Made by a program: the position numbers and the translations under genes. A stretch of 64,000 nucleotides of DNA from Ranitomeya imitator (taxonomy: Eukaryota), in contig NC_091285.1 of NCBI RefSeq assembly GCF_032444005.1, forward strand, positions 2,232,001 through 2,296,000, written 5' to 3'. This document shows, in pieces, positions 1-11,289 of the stretch. A model generated the notes under the pieces. That model was not told the DNA's origin, made no database searches, and saw only the letters and a program-made list of their open reading frames with translations. Position 1 is the stretch's first letter. Each line of letters opens with the position of its first letter.

Positions 1-180
1 GAATGATGGACCCAGTCTCCAATCTCTCTTGGCTGCATACACCTGGGCATTGCACTTCAGATACGTCTCCTGCAAGAAGAAGACGTCTGATCTCTCATCA
101 GACAAACGCTGGTAAATCGCCTGCCGCCGGCTACCAGTCCTCACACTGTTCACATTAATGGAGCTTATTCTTAGCCGCAT
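1..180 (-). CDS. ORF2 N-terminus (APE endonuclease) of the Tx1-like element, partial
   Basis: Manual translation from ATG at 180: MRLRISSINVNSVRTGSRRQAIYQRLSDERSDVFFLQETYLK. This matches the SxNVN...DxxxLQET start of L1/Tx1 endonucleases. Not in the ORF track. Confidence 0.9.
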   Translation of the reverse strand, partial: MRLRISSINVNSVRTGSRRQAIYQRLSDERSDVFFLQETYLKCNAQVYAAKRDWRLGPSF

Positions 181-185
181 CCTGA

Positions 186-3175
186 TTACTTAGACTTTCT
201 GGTCTTCTTCCTCCTTCCACTGCTGTCACCTGCAGTGCCCCATCTCTTTGTGGACACGGGAGGATCAGGATCCACCTCATCAGAGACATTTTCTATGGTG
301 TATGAAGGACCTTGCTCCATTTGTGCCTCTTCTTCTTTGTCTTCTTCTCCCAGTACATTGTAACGTCCAGGACTTATCGCCAACAATGGAGGCTCAGAGG
401 TTTTCTGGACTGTTGGGAATTTTCTGGAAAAATCCACAAAGGCATTTTTTATAGTCACAAAACCTTCCTCATCCACACTGGACACTGCGGACAGTTTATC
501 TGCTTCTACAGATGAGCTGGGCTGAAGCTTGGACAGTCTGGCAACAGGTTTTCTGGACACCTTAAGTCTCTTTTTAGTAACTGGCATTTTATGCCTTACT
601 TTAGTGGCTAACCAGTGCTTAGATCTTACTTTAATGGCTGATGGTGGTACTTTAGGCATTTCTTCAGTGGCTGGTGGTCCTAGTAGTGCAGCATCCGTTA
701 GTAATATCTCACTCTTTGAAGCATGTTGACTGCTACTATGACTTATCACCTCATCAGTGCCAGCTTCTTGGACAACATCTGCATCTCTGGTGACATCTTT
801 TTCTGTAATTTCCAAGGAGGTCTGGCCATATTTATTATGTTCTGCATGAGGGCAATCACGGAACGTATGCCCGAGTCCTGAGCACAGGTTACAGATGACG
901 GGTCCTGTGCATTTGTCCTTTGTATGCCCGGACTGTCCACATAATGAGCACGTGATACGAGAGTTCATGGTGAGGTGCCTGCCCCCACATCTATGGCACA
1001 GACGTGGCTGACCGGGGTAGTAGCATATCCCCCTCTCTGAGCCCAGGTAGAAGGAGTGCGGCAGATGTCTGGTTATACCATTCTCTTGTAGAAGCTGGAT
1101 TTTCACAGAATATCCTCCATTCCATATTTGCTCCTCATCATAGATCTTCTCGGGATGACTTCTCACCATGCACTGCCGGCTCAGCCAGGGCTGCAGATCC
1201 GCCAGCGCCAGCACCTCAGACTGGAACAGAACAGTGGCCGTTATCTCCTGCGGCTTAGACAGCTGGATACAATGGAGATGATCCCAGATCTCATCTCCTC
1301 TGGTGTTATTATAGATGTTCCAGAACAGATCCAGATCACACTGGAGCTTAAAGCTGATGTCATAGATCCTGCTGGATGGGACATGGATCAGAGCGTAGAC
1401 CTCAGATGCCTTAAACTTCATAAACTCTTTCAGAAGAACCTTTCCAATATAGATTCTGGATGGGATCTTCTCCTCTGGTCCCGTGTACTTTATCCTGACA
1501 GCGTTCCTCCTCTGAGGTGGAGGGTTCACCAGTCTTGTGACATTGGACAACAGTCTCCTGAACTGATGTTGGTCAGCAGAAGGGTCAGTGCTGGAGCTTT
1601 CCCCAGCCACAGGTGGATAAGTGCTGGAGCTTTCCTCAGCCACAGGTGGATCAGTGCTGGAGCTTTCCCCAGCCACAGGTGGATCAGTGCTGGAGCTTTC
1701 CCCACCAACAGGTGGATCAGTGCCGGAGCTTTCCCCAGCCACAGATGGATCAGTGCTGGAGCTTTCCTCAGCCACAAGTGGATCAGTGCTGGAGCTTTCC
1801 TCAGCCACAGGTGGATCAGTGCTGGAGCTTTTCTCAGCCACAGGTGGATCAGTGCTGGAGCTTTCCTCAGCCACAGGTGGATCAGTGCTGGAGCTTTCTG
1901 CACCAACAGGTGGATCAGTGCCGGAGCTTTCCCCAGCCACAGATGGATCAGTGCTGGAGCTTTCCCCAGCCACAGATGGATCAGTGCTGGAGCTTTCCCC
2001 AGATACAGGTGGATCAGTGCTGGAGCTTTCCCCAGATACAGGTGGATCAGTGCTGGAGATCTCCACCACCGCAGGAGGATCAGTGCTGGAGATCTCCCCA
2101 GTCACAGGTGGAGCAGTGCTGAAGCTCTACCCAGCCACAGATGGATCAGTGCTGGAGCTTTCCCCAGTCACAGATGGATCAGTGCTGGAGCTTTCCCCAG
2201 TCACAGGTGGATCAGTGCTGAAGCTTACCCCAGCTCCATGATTACTAACACCTGTTTGTGCTGCAAAAACATCCAGATCCACTACTGATTGTTGCACAAT
2301 GCGGTCTCCATTCACTGACATGGAGGGTTTAGAGTCCATTACTACTGACTGTTCAGAGTTCATTATTACTGCAGTGTGGTCTTCATTCACTAACATACAT
2401 AACATACCTGTAGACTCCATTACAACATTGTCTCCATTCACTGACATGGAGGGTCCAGACTCCATTATAATGTTTGAATCTGTTGCAGACAGGCGAGCAC
2501 CAGTGACCGGGGTCTCACACACAGTGTCAGTACAAGGGGCACTTTCTTTATCACACACAGGAGCTGTGCTCACTCCATTGCTGCACAGAGTCCATTGCAG
2601 TTAACCCCTTGTTTGCTGACACACTTTCCTCTGGAGCATTGTCTGCTGCCTCAGACCCCTCACATTCTGCGGCTGATATAAGTTCTGCATTTCCTTCCAG
2701 ACTTCCTTGCTCCGCACCGTGCAGTTTTATTTTTAATGTCCTTTTTTTTACCAATGAGGCTTTTTCTACTCTCCTTCTGGGCTCTGGATCCCCTTTTTTT
2801 CTCCATAGCCCAAGTTACCTTTCTGGGCACAGAGTTTACATCTTTCTCCAAGTTTTCTTTCTGAATGGCCAGCTCTGGTCTGCAGTCATCCAGGCTCTCA
2901 CTTTTCATCAGTTTTAGCTTTGGATCAGTCTCATTCTTAATTTCATCATTTAATTTGCCGATTTGCAATTTCAGCTTAAAAATGCTTTGCCTTGTAACTT
3001 TAGCACTCAATCCAGCAACATAACAAGCAGGTTTAGAAGACTCACCAGCCACCATTTCCAGCTTTCCATTACCATCAGGTCCATGCTGCAGGCCACACTC
3101 CAGGCTGGGAGCTTCCCCTGGATCATCAACCCAGCTTCCCTCCCCTCCACCTGGGTCAAAAGCCGAGACCACCAC
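186..3175 (-). pseudogene. ORF1 (gag-like, ZCCHC3-like) of the Tx1-like element; open 2105-186, disrupted upstream
   Basis: Knuckles CHRCGGRH, CSLCGQSGHTKDKC and CNLCSGLGHTFRDC. An in-frame TAG at 2127-2129 separates it from same-frame ORF 2127-2573. Frameshifted fragments 2551-2754 and 2660-3175 look like a coiled-coil N-terminus. Confidence 0.8.
1582..2235. repeat. 33-bp coding minisatellite (~20 copies) inside ORF1
   Basis: Unit GGATCAGTGCTGGAGCTTTCCCCAGCCACAGGT, which translates on the - strand as AGESSSTDPPV. Confidence 0.95.
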
Positions 3176-3205
3176 CCTGCTGGGAGCTCAAAAACACACG
3201 TCTAT

Positions 3206-3744
3206 CCTCTCCTATGTACAAGAATAGAACTACTATAATACCGCCCCTATGTACAAGAATAGAACTACTATAATACTGCCCTTATATACAGAATATAACT
3301 ACTAAATAGTCCCCTATGAACAAGAATATAACTACTATACTACCGCCCCTATGTACAAGAATATAACTACTATACTACCGCCCCTATGTACAAGAATATA
3401 ACTACTATACTACCGCCCCTATGTACAAGAATAGAACTACTATACTACCGCCCCTATGTACAAGAATATAACTACTATACTACCGCCCCTATGTACAAGA
3501 ATAGAACTACTATAATACTGCCCTTATATACAGAATATAACTACTAAATAGTCCCCTATGTACAAGAATATAACTACTATACTACCGCCCCTATGTACAA
3601 GAATATAACTACTATACTACCGCTCCAATATACAAGAATATAACTACTATAATACCGCTCCTATGTACAAGGATATAACTACTATAATACCGCTCCTATA
3701 TACAAGAATATAACTACTATAATACTGCCCCTATGTACAAGAAA
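3206..3744. repeat. 35-bp AT-rich minisatellite, block 1
   Basis: Unit CTATGTACAAGAATATAACTACTATAATACTGCCC in tandem. Confidence 0.95.
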
Positions 3745-6700
3745 TATTATTATTATTTATTGTTATAGCGCCATTTATTCCATGGTGCTTTACATGTAAG
3801 GAGGGGTATACATAATAAAAACAAGTACAATGATCTTAAACAATACAAGTCACAACTGGTACAGGAGGAGAGAGGACCCTGCCCGCGAAGGCTCACAATC
3901 TACAAGGGATGGGTGAGAATACAGTAGGTGAGGGTAGAGCTGGTCATGCAGCGGTTTGGTCGATCGGTGGTTACTGCAGGTTGTAGGCTTGTCGGAAGAG
4001 GTAGGTCTTCAGGTTCTTTTTGCAGGTTTCGATGGTAGGCGAGAGTCTGATGTGTTGTGGTAGAGGGTTCCAGAGTAGGGGTGATGCGCGCGAGAAATCT
4101 TGTATATGATTGTGGGAAGAGGAGATAAGAGCTGAGTAGAGAAGATCTTGTGAGGATCGGAGGTTGCGTGTAGGTAAGTACTGGGAGATGAGGTCACAGA
4201 TGTATGGAGGAGACAGGTTGTGGAAGGCTTTATACGTCATGGTTAGGGTTTTGTACTGGAGTCTCTGGGCAACGGGGAGCCAGTGAAGGGATTGATAGGG
4301 GGAGAAGCTGGGGAATAGCGGGGGGGACAGGTGGATTAGTCAGGCAGCAGTTTAGAATAGATTGGAGGGGTGTGCGAGTGTTAGAGGGGAGGCCACAGAG
4401 CAGGAGGTTGCAGTAATGAAGGCGAGAGATGATGAGGGCATGGACTAGGGTTGCAGATTCTTGGTTGAGGAATGAACAGATTCGTGAAATATTTTTGAGT
4501 TGAAGTTGGCAGGAAGTGGAAAGGGCTTGGATATGTGGTTTGAAGGAGAGATCAGCGTCAAGGATTATCCCGAGGCAGCGAGCTTGTGGGACTGGGGAGA
4601 GTGGGCAGCCGTTTACCGTAATGGATAGGTTCGTTGGGGGGGGTCGCGTGAGATGGGGAAAAGATGATGAATTCTGTTTTGTCCATGTTAAGTTTCAGAA
4701 ATCTAGCGGAGAAGAAGGAGACGCTGAATGTCCGGTCTGTTAGGTATGATGAGATCCAAAATAGGGCCAAGTCTATGATGCCAAGGGATGAGAGGGTCTG
4801 TAATAATAGGGAATGGTCCTCTGTGTCAAAGGCAGCCGACAGGTCCAGGAGGAGGAGAGAGTAGTGTCGCTTGCTCTTGGTGGATAAGAGGTCATTGGTG
4901 ACCTTAGTTAGGGCAGTTTCAGTGGAGTGGTGTGACCAGAAGCCAGATTGTAAGCAGTAGAAGAGGGAGCAAGAAGAGAGATGGGAGGACAGTTTAAGAT
5001 AGACGTGTTGTTCCAGTAGCTTGGAGGCATAGGGGAGAAGTGATATAGGGCATTAGCTAGATACAGAGGATGGGTCAAGAGAGGGCTTTTTGAGGATAGG
5101 TGTGATGGAGGCATGTTTAAAGCTTGAGGGGAAAACACCAGTTGTTAGTGATAGGTTGAAGAGATGGGTTAGGGTTGGGATGAAGACTGTGGTGAGGTTT
5201 GGGATGAAGTGGGATGGTATTGGGTCAAGTGCACAGGTAGTGAGATGTGATCTTGAGAGTAGAGTGGAGAGTCGATCTTCTGTAATGGTGGAGAAGTTGG
5301 TTTTGGAGGTGGAGGGCTCGGAAGTCGGGACGAAGGGCTCTGGGGGTTGTTGACCAAAACTGTTTCTGATGTTATCAATCTTCTGCTTGAAAAATGAGGC
5401 AAAGTCTTCAGCTGAGATGAGTGGGGAGGGAGGAGGTGCTGGGGGACGGAGGAGAGAATTGAAGGTGTTGAATAACTGTTTTTGGTTGTGAGACAGGGAG
5501 GATATGAGAGATGAGAAGTAGGTTTGTTTAGCTGTGGCGAGTGTGGTCATGAAAGTAGTAAGGGACTGATTGAAAGCGATGAAGTGCTCGTTGGAGTGGG
5601 ATCTTTTCCATCTGCGCTCAGCAGCCCTGGAAGCTTGCCTCAGTTCTTTGGTCACGCTGGTGTGCCAGGGCTGTCTGTTGATTTTGCGAGCTTGGTATCT
5701 GTAAGTGGGGCAGCAGATTCCAAAGCTACAGCTATTGTGGTGTTATATAGAGCGACAGCGTCATCCGCATTGTGTAAGGAACTTATTTCTGTGAGAGGGA
5801 GGAGGGATTCAGAGAATGAGTGTAGGTCAAGGTGTTTAAGATTTCTGCGAGGTTGTGAAAGTTTGTGGGGTGGGTATTGTGGACATGGAGTGGAGAGGGA
5901 AGAGAATGTGGGAAGGTTGTGGTCAGAGAGAGGAAGAGGTGAGTTAGAGAGGTTAGATAGGGAAAAGAGGCAGGTGAAGATGAAGTCCAGTGTGTGGCCA
6001 TCTTTGTGGGTGGCTGCAGAAGACCATTCAGTGAGGTCGAAGGAGGAAGTGAGAGATAGTTTAGTGGTAGCTGAGAGGGAAGTGTCAATGGGTATGTTGA
6101 AGTCGCCCATGATGATAGTAGGGATGTCTGCGGAAAGGAAATGAAGTAGCCAGGTGGTGAAGTGGTCAAAGGTGGTGGTGGCTGGCCCTGGGGGGCGGTA
6201 GATGACAGCCAGTTGGAGGTTTGAGGGGGAGTAGATGCACACAGAGTGCACCTCAAAGGAAGGGAGGGTAACAGAGGGTGGCAGTGGGATTGGGGTGAAG
6301 GAGCAGGTATCTGACAGGAGAAAACCAACTACTCCGCCATGTTTGCTGCTGGGGTGGGGTGTGTGAGAAAGGTGGAAGCCACCATACGAAAGTGCAGCAG
6401 GATAGGCTGTGTCAGAAGGGGTGAGCCAGGTTTCGGTGATGGCGAGGAAGGAAAGTTTGGTAGTAACAAAAAGATCATGGAAGTAGGAATGCTTGTTGCA
6501 GACAGAGCGAGCATTCCACAGAGCTCCTCTTAGTGGGACTGGGGAAGCGGGGGCTGGGTGAATGGGTATAAGGTTAGAGAAATTTTGATGGAGTGTGGGT
6601 GGGAGGTAGAACTGACTGTGGGGATGTGGTGAGGAGGACCAGGATTTGGAGAGATATCACCAACAGTGAGAAGGAGCAGAGAAAGTGTTAGCAGGTGGGA

Positions 6701-7649
6701 GCAGGAGAGGGCATGAGGTGGCTGTCTGTGTTTGGAGACAGAGGATTGTATGTTAAGGAACAGTTCTGAAGAGGTGAGGCGGATGGGGAGTATTGAAGAG
6801 GTTATGAACAGTTCCTTACTTGGTGTAGGGATTAGGGGAGTTAGCAGAAAGTGAAGAATTATAGGGGTGAAAGTGAAAACAAACAAACATTGTTTACATT
6901 GACTGGCCAGTGTTACCCTTAGTTCCCTTCTGGTTCATTTCTGGTTTTAATTCTACATAATCTTCACACTTCTAGGACACACTTATAGGAATCACACTGC
7001 AGACTGAAGTCTATGCAGACTTGAGCTATGCAATATGTGTACAACTAAGTGCATTCAGGTGTGAAGCAGAGCGGAGTGGTCTCTGTTCTTCTTGGTCAGA
7101 GAATTACGGGTGGACCAGATGCATACAATCAAGCCAGAGTAAACAACATCATAAATAACACTAGGGTAGAGCTGGGGTTAGTTAAAAGACATACCATGTG
7201 AATGCTAGGTGCAGAGGTGAGTCTATGTGCAAAGCTGGGTGATGTACTATGTGCACTTCATAGACAGACAGCAGGAGAGGAGAGCTGGGTGGATGAACAT
7301 ACCATGTGAAAGCTAGGAGCAGAGGCAAGTCTATGTGCAAAGCTGGGTGATGTACTATATGTACTTCATAAACAGACAGCAGGAGAGCTGGGTGGATGAA
7401 CATACCATGTGAATGCTAGGTGCAGAGGCAAGTCTATGTGCAAAGCTGGGTGATGTACTATGTGAACTTCATAGACAGACAGCAGGAGAGCTGGGTGGAT
7501 GAACATACCTGTCGGAAGAACAGAGATACTTGTTAGAGTGCGATGGTGGCAGGTAGCAGGGCACAGTCAGTATACTTCTATCTGGTTTTAATTCTACGTA
7601 ATCTTCACACTTCTAGGACACAATTATAGGAATCACACTGCAGACTGAA
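3745..7649 (-). mobile_element. L2-clade LINE, near full length, degenerate
   Basis: The 3' end reads ...GCGCTATAACAATAAAT(AAT)n at 3745. APE fragments lie at 5652-6514 (TIIMGDFN, SDHNL) and RT fragments at 3971-5655. The catalytic core is deleted near 4720 (DRTFSVSF joined to LKLNMDKTE). The N-terminus has GDISPNPGP. Confidence 0.9.
7165..7510. repeat. ~120-130-bp tandem repeat (~3 copies) in the L2 5' region
   Basis: Recurring ...GTCTATGTGCAAAGCTGGGTGATGTACTAT...GAGCTGGGTGGATGAACATACC. Confidence 0.85.
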
Positions 7650-7935
7650 TATAACTACTATAACACTGCCTCTATGTACAAGAATATAACTACTATAATA
7701 CTGCTCCTATGTACAAGAATATAACTACTATAATACTGCCCCTATGTACAAGAATATAACTACTATAATACTGCTCCTATGTACAAGAATATAAGTACTA
7801 TAATACTGCCCCTATGTACAAGAATATAACTACTATAATACTGCTCCTATGTACAAGAATATAACTACTATAATACTGCTCCTATGTACAAGAATATAAG
7901 TACTATAATACTGCTCCTATGTACAAGAATATAAC
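7650..7935. repeat. 35-bp minisatellite, block 2
   Basis: Same unit and orientation as 3206-3744. Confidence 0.95.
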
Positions 7936-8170
7936 TATAATAATAATAATAATTTTATTTATATAGCGCCAACACATTCCGCAGCGCTTCACAATTTATA
8001 GAGGGGACTTGTACAGACAATAGACATTACAGCATAACAGAAATCACAGTTCAAAATAGATACCAAGAGGAATGAGGGCCCTGCTCGCAAGCTTACAAAC
8101 TATGAGGAAAAGGGGAGACACGAGAGGTGGATGGTAACAATTGTTTTAGTTATTCGGACCAGCCATAGTG
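7936..8170 (-). mobile_element. Second L2 3'-end fragment (different subfamily)
   Basis: The + strand reads (AAT)n TTTATTTATATAGCGCCAAC...GCAGCGCTTCACA, similar to the L2 end at 3745. Confidence 0.7.
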
Positions 8171-8213
8171 TAAGGGTACCGTCACAATACCATTTCGATC
8201 GCTACGACGGTAC

Positions 8214-10087
8214 ATAGTAACATAGTTAGTAAGGCCAAAAAAAGACATTTGTCCATCCAGTTCAGCCTATATTCCATCATAATAAATCCCCAGATCTACG
8301 TCCTTCTACAGAACCTAATAATTGTATGATACAATATTGTTCTGCTCCAGGAAGACATCCAGGCCTCTCTTGAACCCCTCGACTGAGTTCGCCATCACCA
8401 CCTCCTCAGGCAAGCAATTCCAGATTCTCACTGCCCTAACAGTAAAGAATCCTCTTCTATGTTGGTGGAAAAACCTTCTCTCCTCCAGACGCAAAGAATG
8501 CCCCCTTGTGCCCGTCACCTTCCTTGGTATAAACAGATCCTCAGCGAGATATTTGTATTGTCCCCTTATATACTTATACATGGTTATTAGATCGCCCCTC
8601 AGTCGTCTTTTTTCTAGACTAAATAATCCTAATTTCGCTAATCTATCTGGGTATTGTAGTTCTCCCATCCCCTTTATTAATTTTGTTGCCCTCCTTTGTA
8701 CTCTCTCTAGTTCCATTATATCCTTCCTGAGCACCGGTGCCCAAAACTGGACACAGTACTCCATGTGCGGTCTAACTAGGGATTTGTACAGAGGCAGTAT
8801 AATGCTCTCATCATGTGTATCCAGACCTCTTTTAATGCACCCCATGATCCTGTTTGCCTTGGCAGCTGCTGCCTGGCACTGGCTGCTCCAGGTAAGTTTA
8901 TCATTAACTAGGATCCCCAAGTCCTTCTCCCTGTCAGATTTACCCAGTGGTTTCCCGTTCAGTGTGTAATGGTGATATTGATTCCCTCTTCCCATGTGTA
9001 TAACCTTACATTTATCATTGTTAAACCTCATCTGCCACCTTTCAGCCCAAGTTTCCAACTTATCCAGATCCATCTGTAGCAGAATACTATCTTCTCTTGT
9101 ATTAACTGCTTTACATAGTTTTGTATCATCTGCAAATATCGATATTTTACTGTGTAAACCTTCTACCAGATCATTAATGAATATGTTGAAGAGAACAGGT
9201 CCCAATACCGACCCCTGCGGTACCCCACTGGTCACAGCGACCCAGTTAGAGACTATACCATTTATAACCACCCTCTGCTTTCTATCACTAAGCCAGTTAC
9301 TAACCCATTTACACACATTTTCCCCCAGACCAAGCATTCTCATTTTGTGTACCAACCTCTTGTGCGGCACGGTATCAAACGCTTTGGAAAAATCGAGATA
9401 TACCACGTCCAATGACTCACCGTGGTCCAGTCTATAGCTTACCTCTTCATAAAAACTGATTAGATTGGTTTGACAGGAGCGATTTCTCATAAACCCATGC
9501 TGATATGGAGTTAAACAGTTATTCTCATTGAGATAATCCAGAATAACATCCCTCAGAAACCCTTCAAATATTTTACCAACAATAGAGGTTAGACTTACTG
9601 GCCTATAATTTCCAGGTTCACTTTTAGAGCCCTTTTTGAATATTGGCACCACATTTGCTATGCGCCAGTCCTGCGGAACAGACCCTGTCGCTATAGAGTC
9701 ACTAAAAATAAGAAATAATGGTTTATCTATTACATTACTTAGTTCTCTTAGTACTCGTGGGTGTATGCCATCCGGACCCGGAGATTTATCTATTTTAATC
9801 TTATTTAGCCGGTTTCGCACCTCTTCTTGGGTTAGATTGGTGACCCTTAATATAGGGTTTTCATTGTTTCTTGGGATTTCACCTAGCATTTCATTTTCCA
9901 CCGTGAATACCGTGGAGAAGAAGGTGTTTAATATGTTAGCTTTTTCCTCGTCATCTACAACCATTCTTTCCTCACTATTTTTTAAGGGGCCTACATTTTC
10001 AGTTTTTATTCTTTTACTATTGATATAGTTGAAGAACAGTTTGGGATTAGTTTTACTCTCCTTAGCAATGTGCTTCTCTGTTTCATT
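8214..10087 (-). mobile_element. CR1-clade LINE, 5'-truncated
   Basis: Short octamer-like 3' tail (CATAGTAA CATAGTTA on +), RT ORF, and TAC on both flanks (8211-8213, 10088-10090). Confidence 0.93.
8315..9964 (-). CDS. CR1 reverse transcriptase domain (ORF2 C-terminal part, no endonuclease)
   Basis: Motifs YLDFSKAFD, GVPQGSVLGPVLF and FADD. No stops, and the frame is open upstream to the truncation point near 10087. Confidence 0.93.
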   Translation of the reverse strand: MVVDDEEKANILNTFFSTVFTVENEMLGEIPRNNENPILRVTNLTQEEVRNRLNKIKIDKSPGPDGIHPRVLRELSNVIDKPLFLIFSDSIATGSVPQDWRIANVVPIFKKGSKSEPGNYRPVSLTSIVGKIFEGFLRDVILDYLNENNCLTPYQHGFMRNRSCQTNLISFYEEVSYRLDHGESLDVVYLDFSKAFDTVPHKRLVHKMRMLGLGENVCKWVSNWLSDRKQRVVINGIVSNWVAVTSGVPQGSVLGPVLFNIFINDLVEGLHSKISIFADDTKLCKAVNTREDSILLQMDLDKLETWAERWQMRFNNDKCKVIHMGRGNQYHHYTLNGKPLGKSDREKDLGILVNDKLTWSSQCQAAAAKANRIMGCIKRGLDTHDESIILPLYKSLVRPHMEYCVQFWAPVLRKDIMELERVQRRATKLIKGMGELQYPDRLAKLGLFSLEKRRLRGDLITMYKYIRGQYKYLAEDLFIPRKVTGTRGHSLRLEERRFFHQHRRGFFTVRAVRIWNCLPEEVVMANSVEGFKRGLDVFLEQNNIVSYNY

Positions 10088-10807
10088 TACGATTCGTGAC
10101 GTTCCAGCGATATCGCTACGATATCGCCGTGTTTGACACGCAGCAGCGATCAGGGATCCTGCTGAGAATCGTACGTCGTAGCAGATCGTTTAGAACTTTC
10201 TTTCATCGCTGGATCTCCCGCTGTCATCGCTAGATCGGTGTGTGTGACACCGATCTAGCGATGCGATCCAGCGATGCGTTCGCTTGTAACCAGGGTAAAC
10301 ATCGGGTTACTAAGCGCAGGGCCGCACTTAGTAACCCGATGTTTACCCTGGTTACAAGCGTAAAACTAAAAAAAAACAAACAGCACATACTTACATTCTG
10401 GTGTCCGTCAGGTCCCTTGCCGTCTGCTTCCCGCACTGTGACTGCCGGCCGTAAAGTGAAAGCAGAGCACAGCGGCTGTGCTTTCACTTTCCCTTTACGG
10501 CCGGCAGTCACTGAGTGCAGGAAGCAGACGGCAAGGGACCTGATGGACACCAGAATGTAAGTATCTGCTGTTTGTTTTTTTTTTAGTTTTACGCTTGTAA
10601 CCAGGGTAAACATTGGGTTACTAAGCGCGGTCCTGCGCTTAGTTACCCGATGTTTACCCTGGTTACCCAGGGACCTCGGCATCGTTGGTCACTGGAGAGC
10701 TGTCTGTGTGACAGCTCCCCAGCGACCACACTACGATTTACCTACGATCACGGCCAGGTCATATCGTGTTCATGTAAAGCTGCATGAACCAGTTAACTGC
10801 CTAAGTA

Positions 10808-11287
10808 AGTAACTACTATAATACTGCACCTATGTATAAGAATATAACTACTATAATACTGCCCCTATGTACAAGAATATAACTACTATAATACTGCTCC
10901 TATGTACAAGAATATAACTACTATAATACTGTTCCCATGTACAAGAACATAACTACTATAATACTGCTCCTATGTACAAGAATATAACTACTATAATACT
11001 GCTCCTATGTACAAGAATATAACTACTATAATACTGCTCCTATGTACAAGAATATAATTTCTATAATACTGCTATGTACAAGAATATAACTACTATAATA
11101 CTGCTACTATGTACAAGAATATAACTACTATAATACTGCCCCTATGTACAAGAATATAACTACTATAATACTGCTCCTATGTACAAGAATATAACTACTA
11201 TAATACTGCCCCCTATGTACAAGAATATAACTACTATAATACTGCTCCTATGTACAAGAATATAACTATTATAATACTGCCCCTATA
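10808..11287. repeat. 35-bp minisatellite, block 3
   Basis: Same unit and orientation. A further partial unit follows the Tc1 at 13977-14000. Confidence 0.95.
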
Positions 11288-11289
11288 CA

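Larger units (their letters stand above)
1..3205 (-). mobile_element. Tx1/L1-clade non-LTR retrotransposon, 5' portion (ORF1 plus start of ORF2); continues off the left edge
   Basis: A gag-like ORF1 with CCHC knuckles is followed 5 nt after its stop by an ORF2 that begins with an APE endonuclease motif. Confidence 0.9.
8174..10766. mobile_element. Palindromic PIF/Harbinger-type MITE split by CR1 (pieces 8174-8213 and 10091-10766; right terminus lost)
   Basis: TAA followed by GGGTACCGTCAC at the left end. The sequence joins up across the CR1, and internal 70-bp hairpins are shared with the copies at 15853 and 25495. Confidence 0.75.

Noticed and set aside
1128-2288. + strand ORFs (386, 206 and 169 aa) over the 33-bp repeat
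   Set aside because: Antisense shadows of the Tx1 ORF1 repeat.
8322-10028. + strand ORFs opposite the CR1 RT
   Set aside because: Antisense shadows with no motifs.
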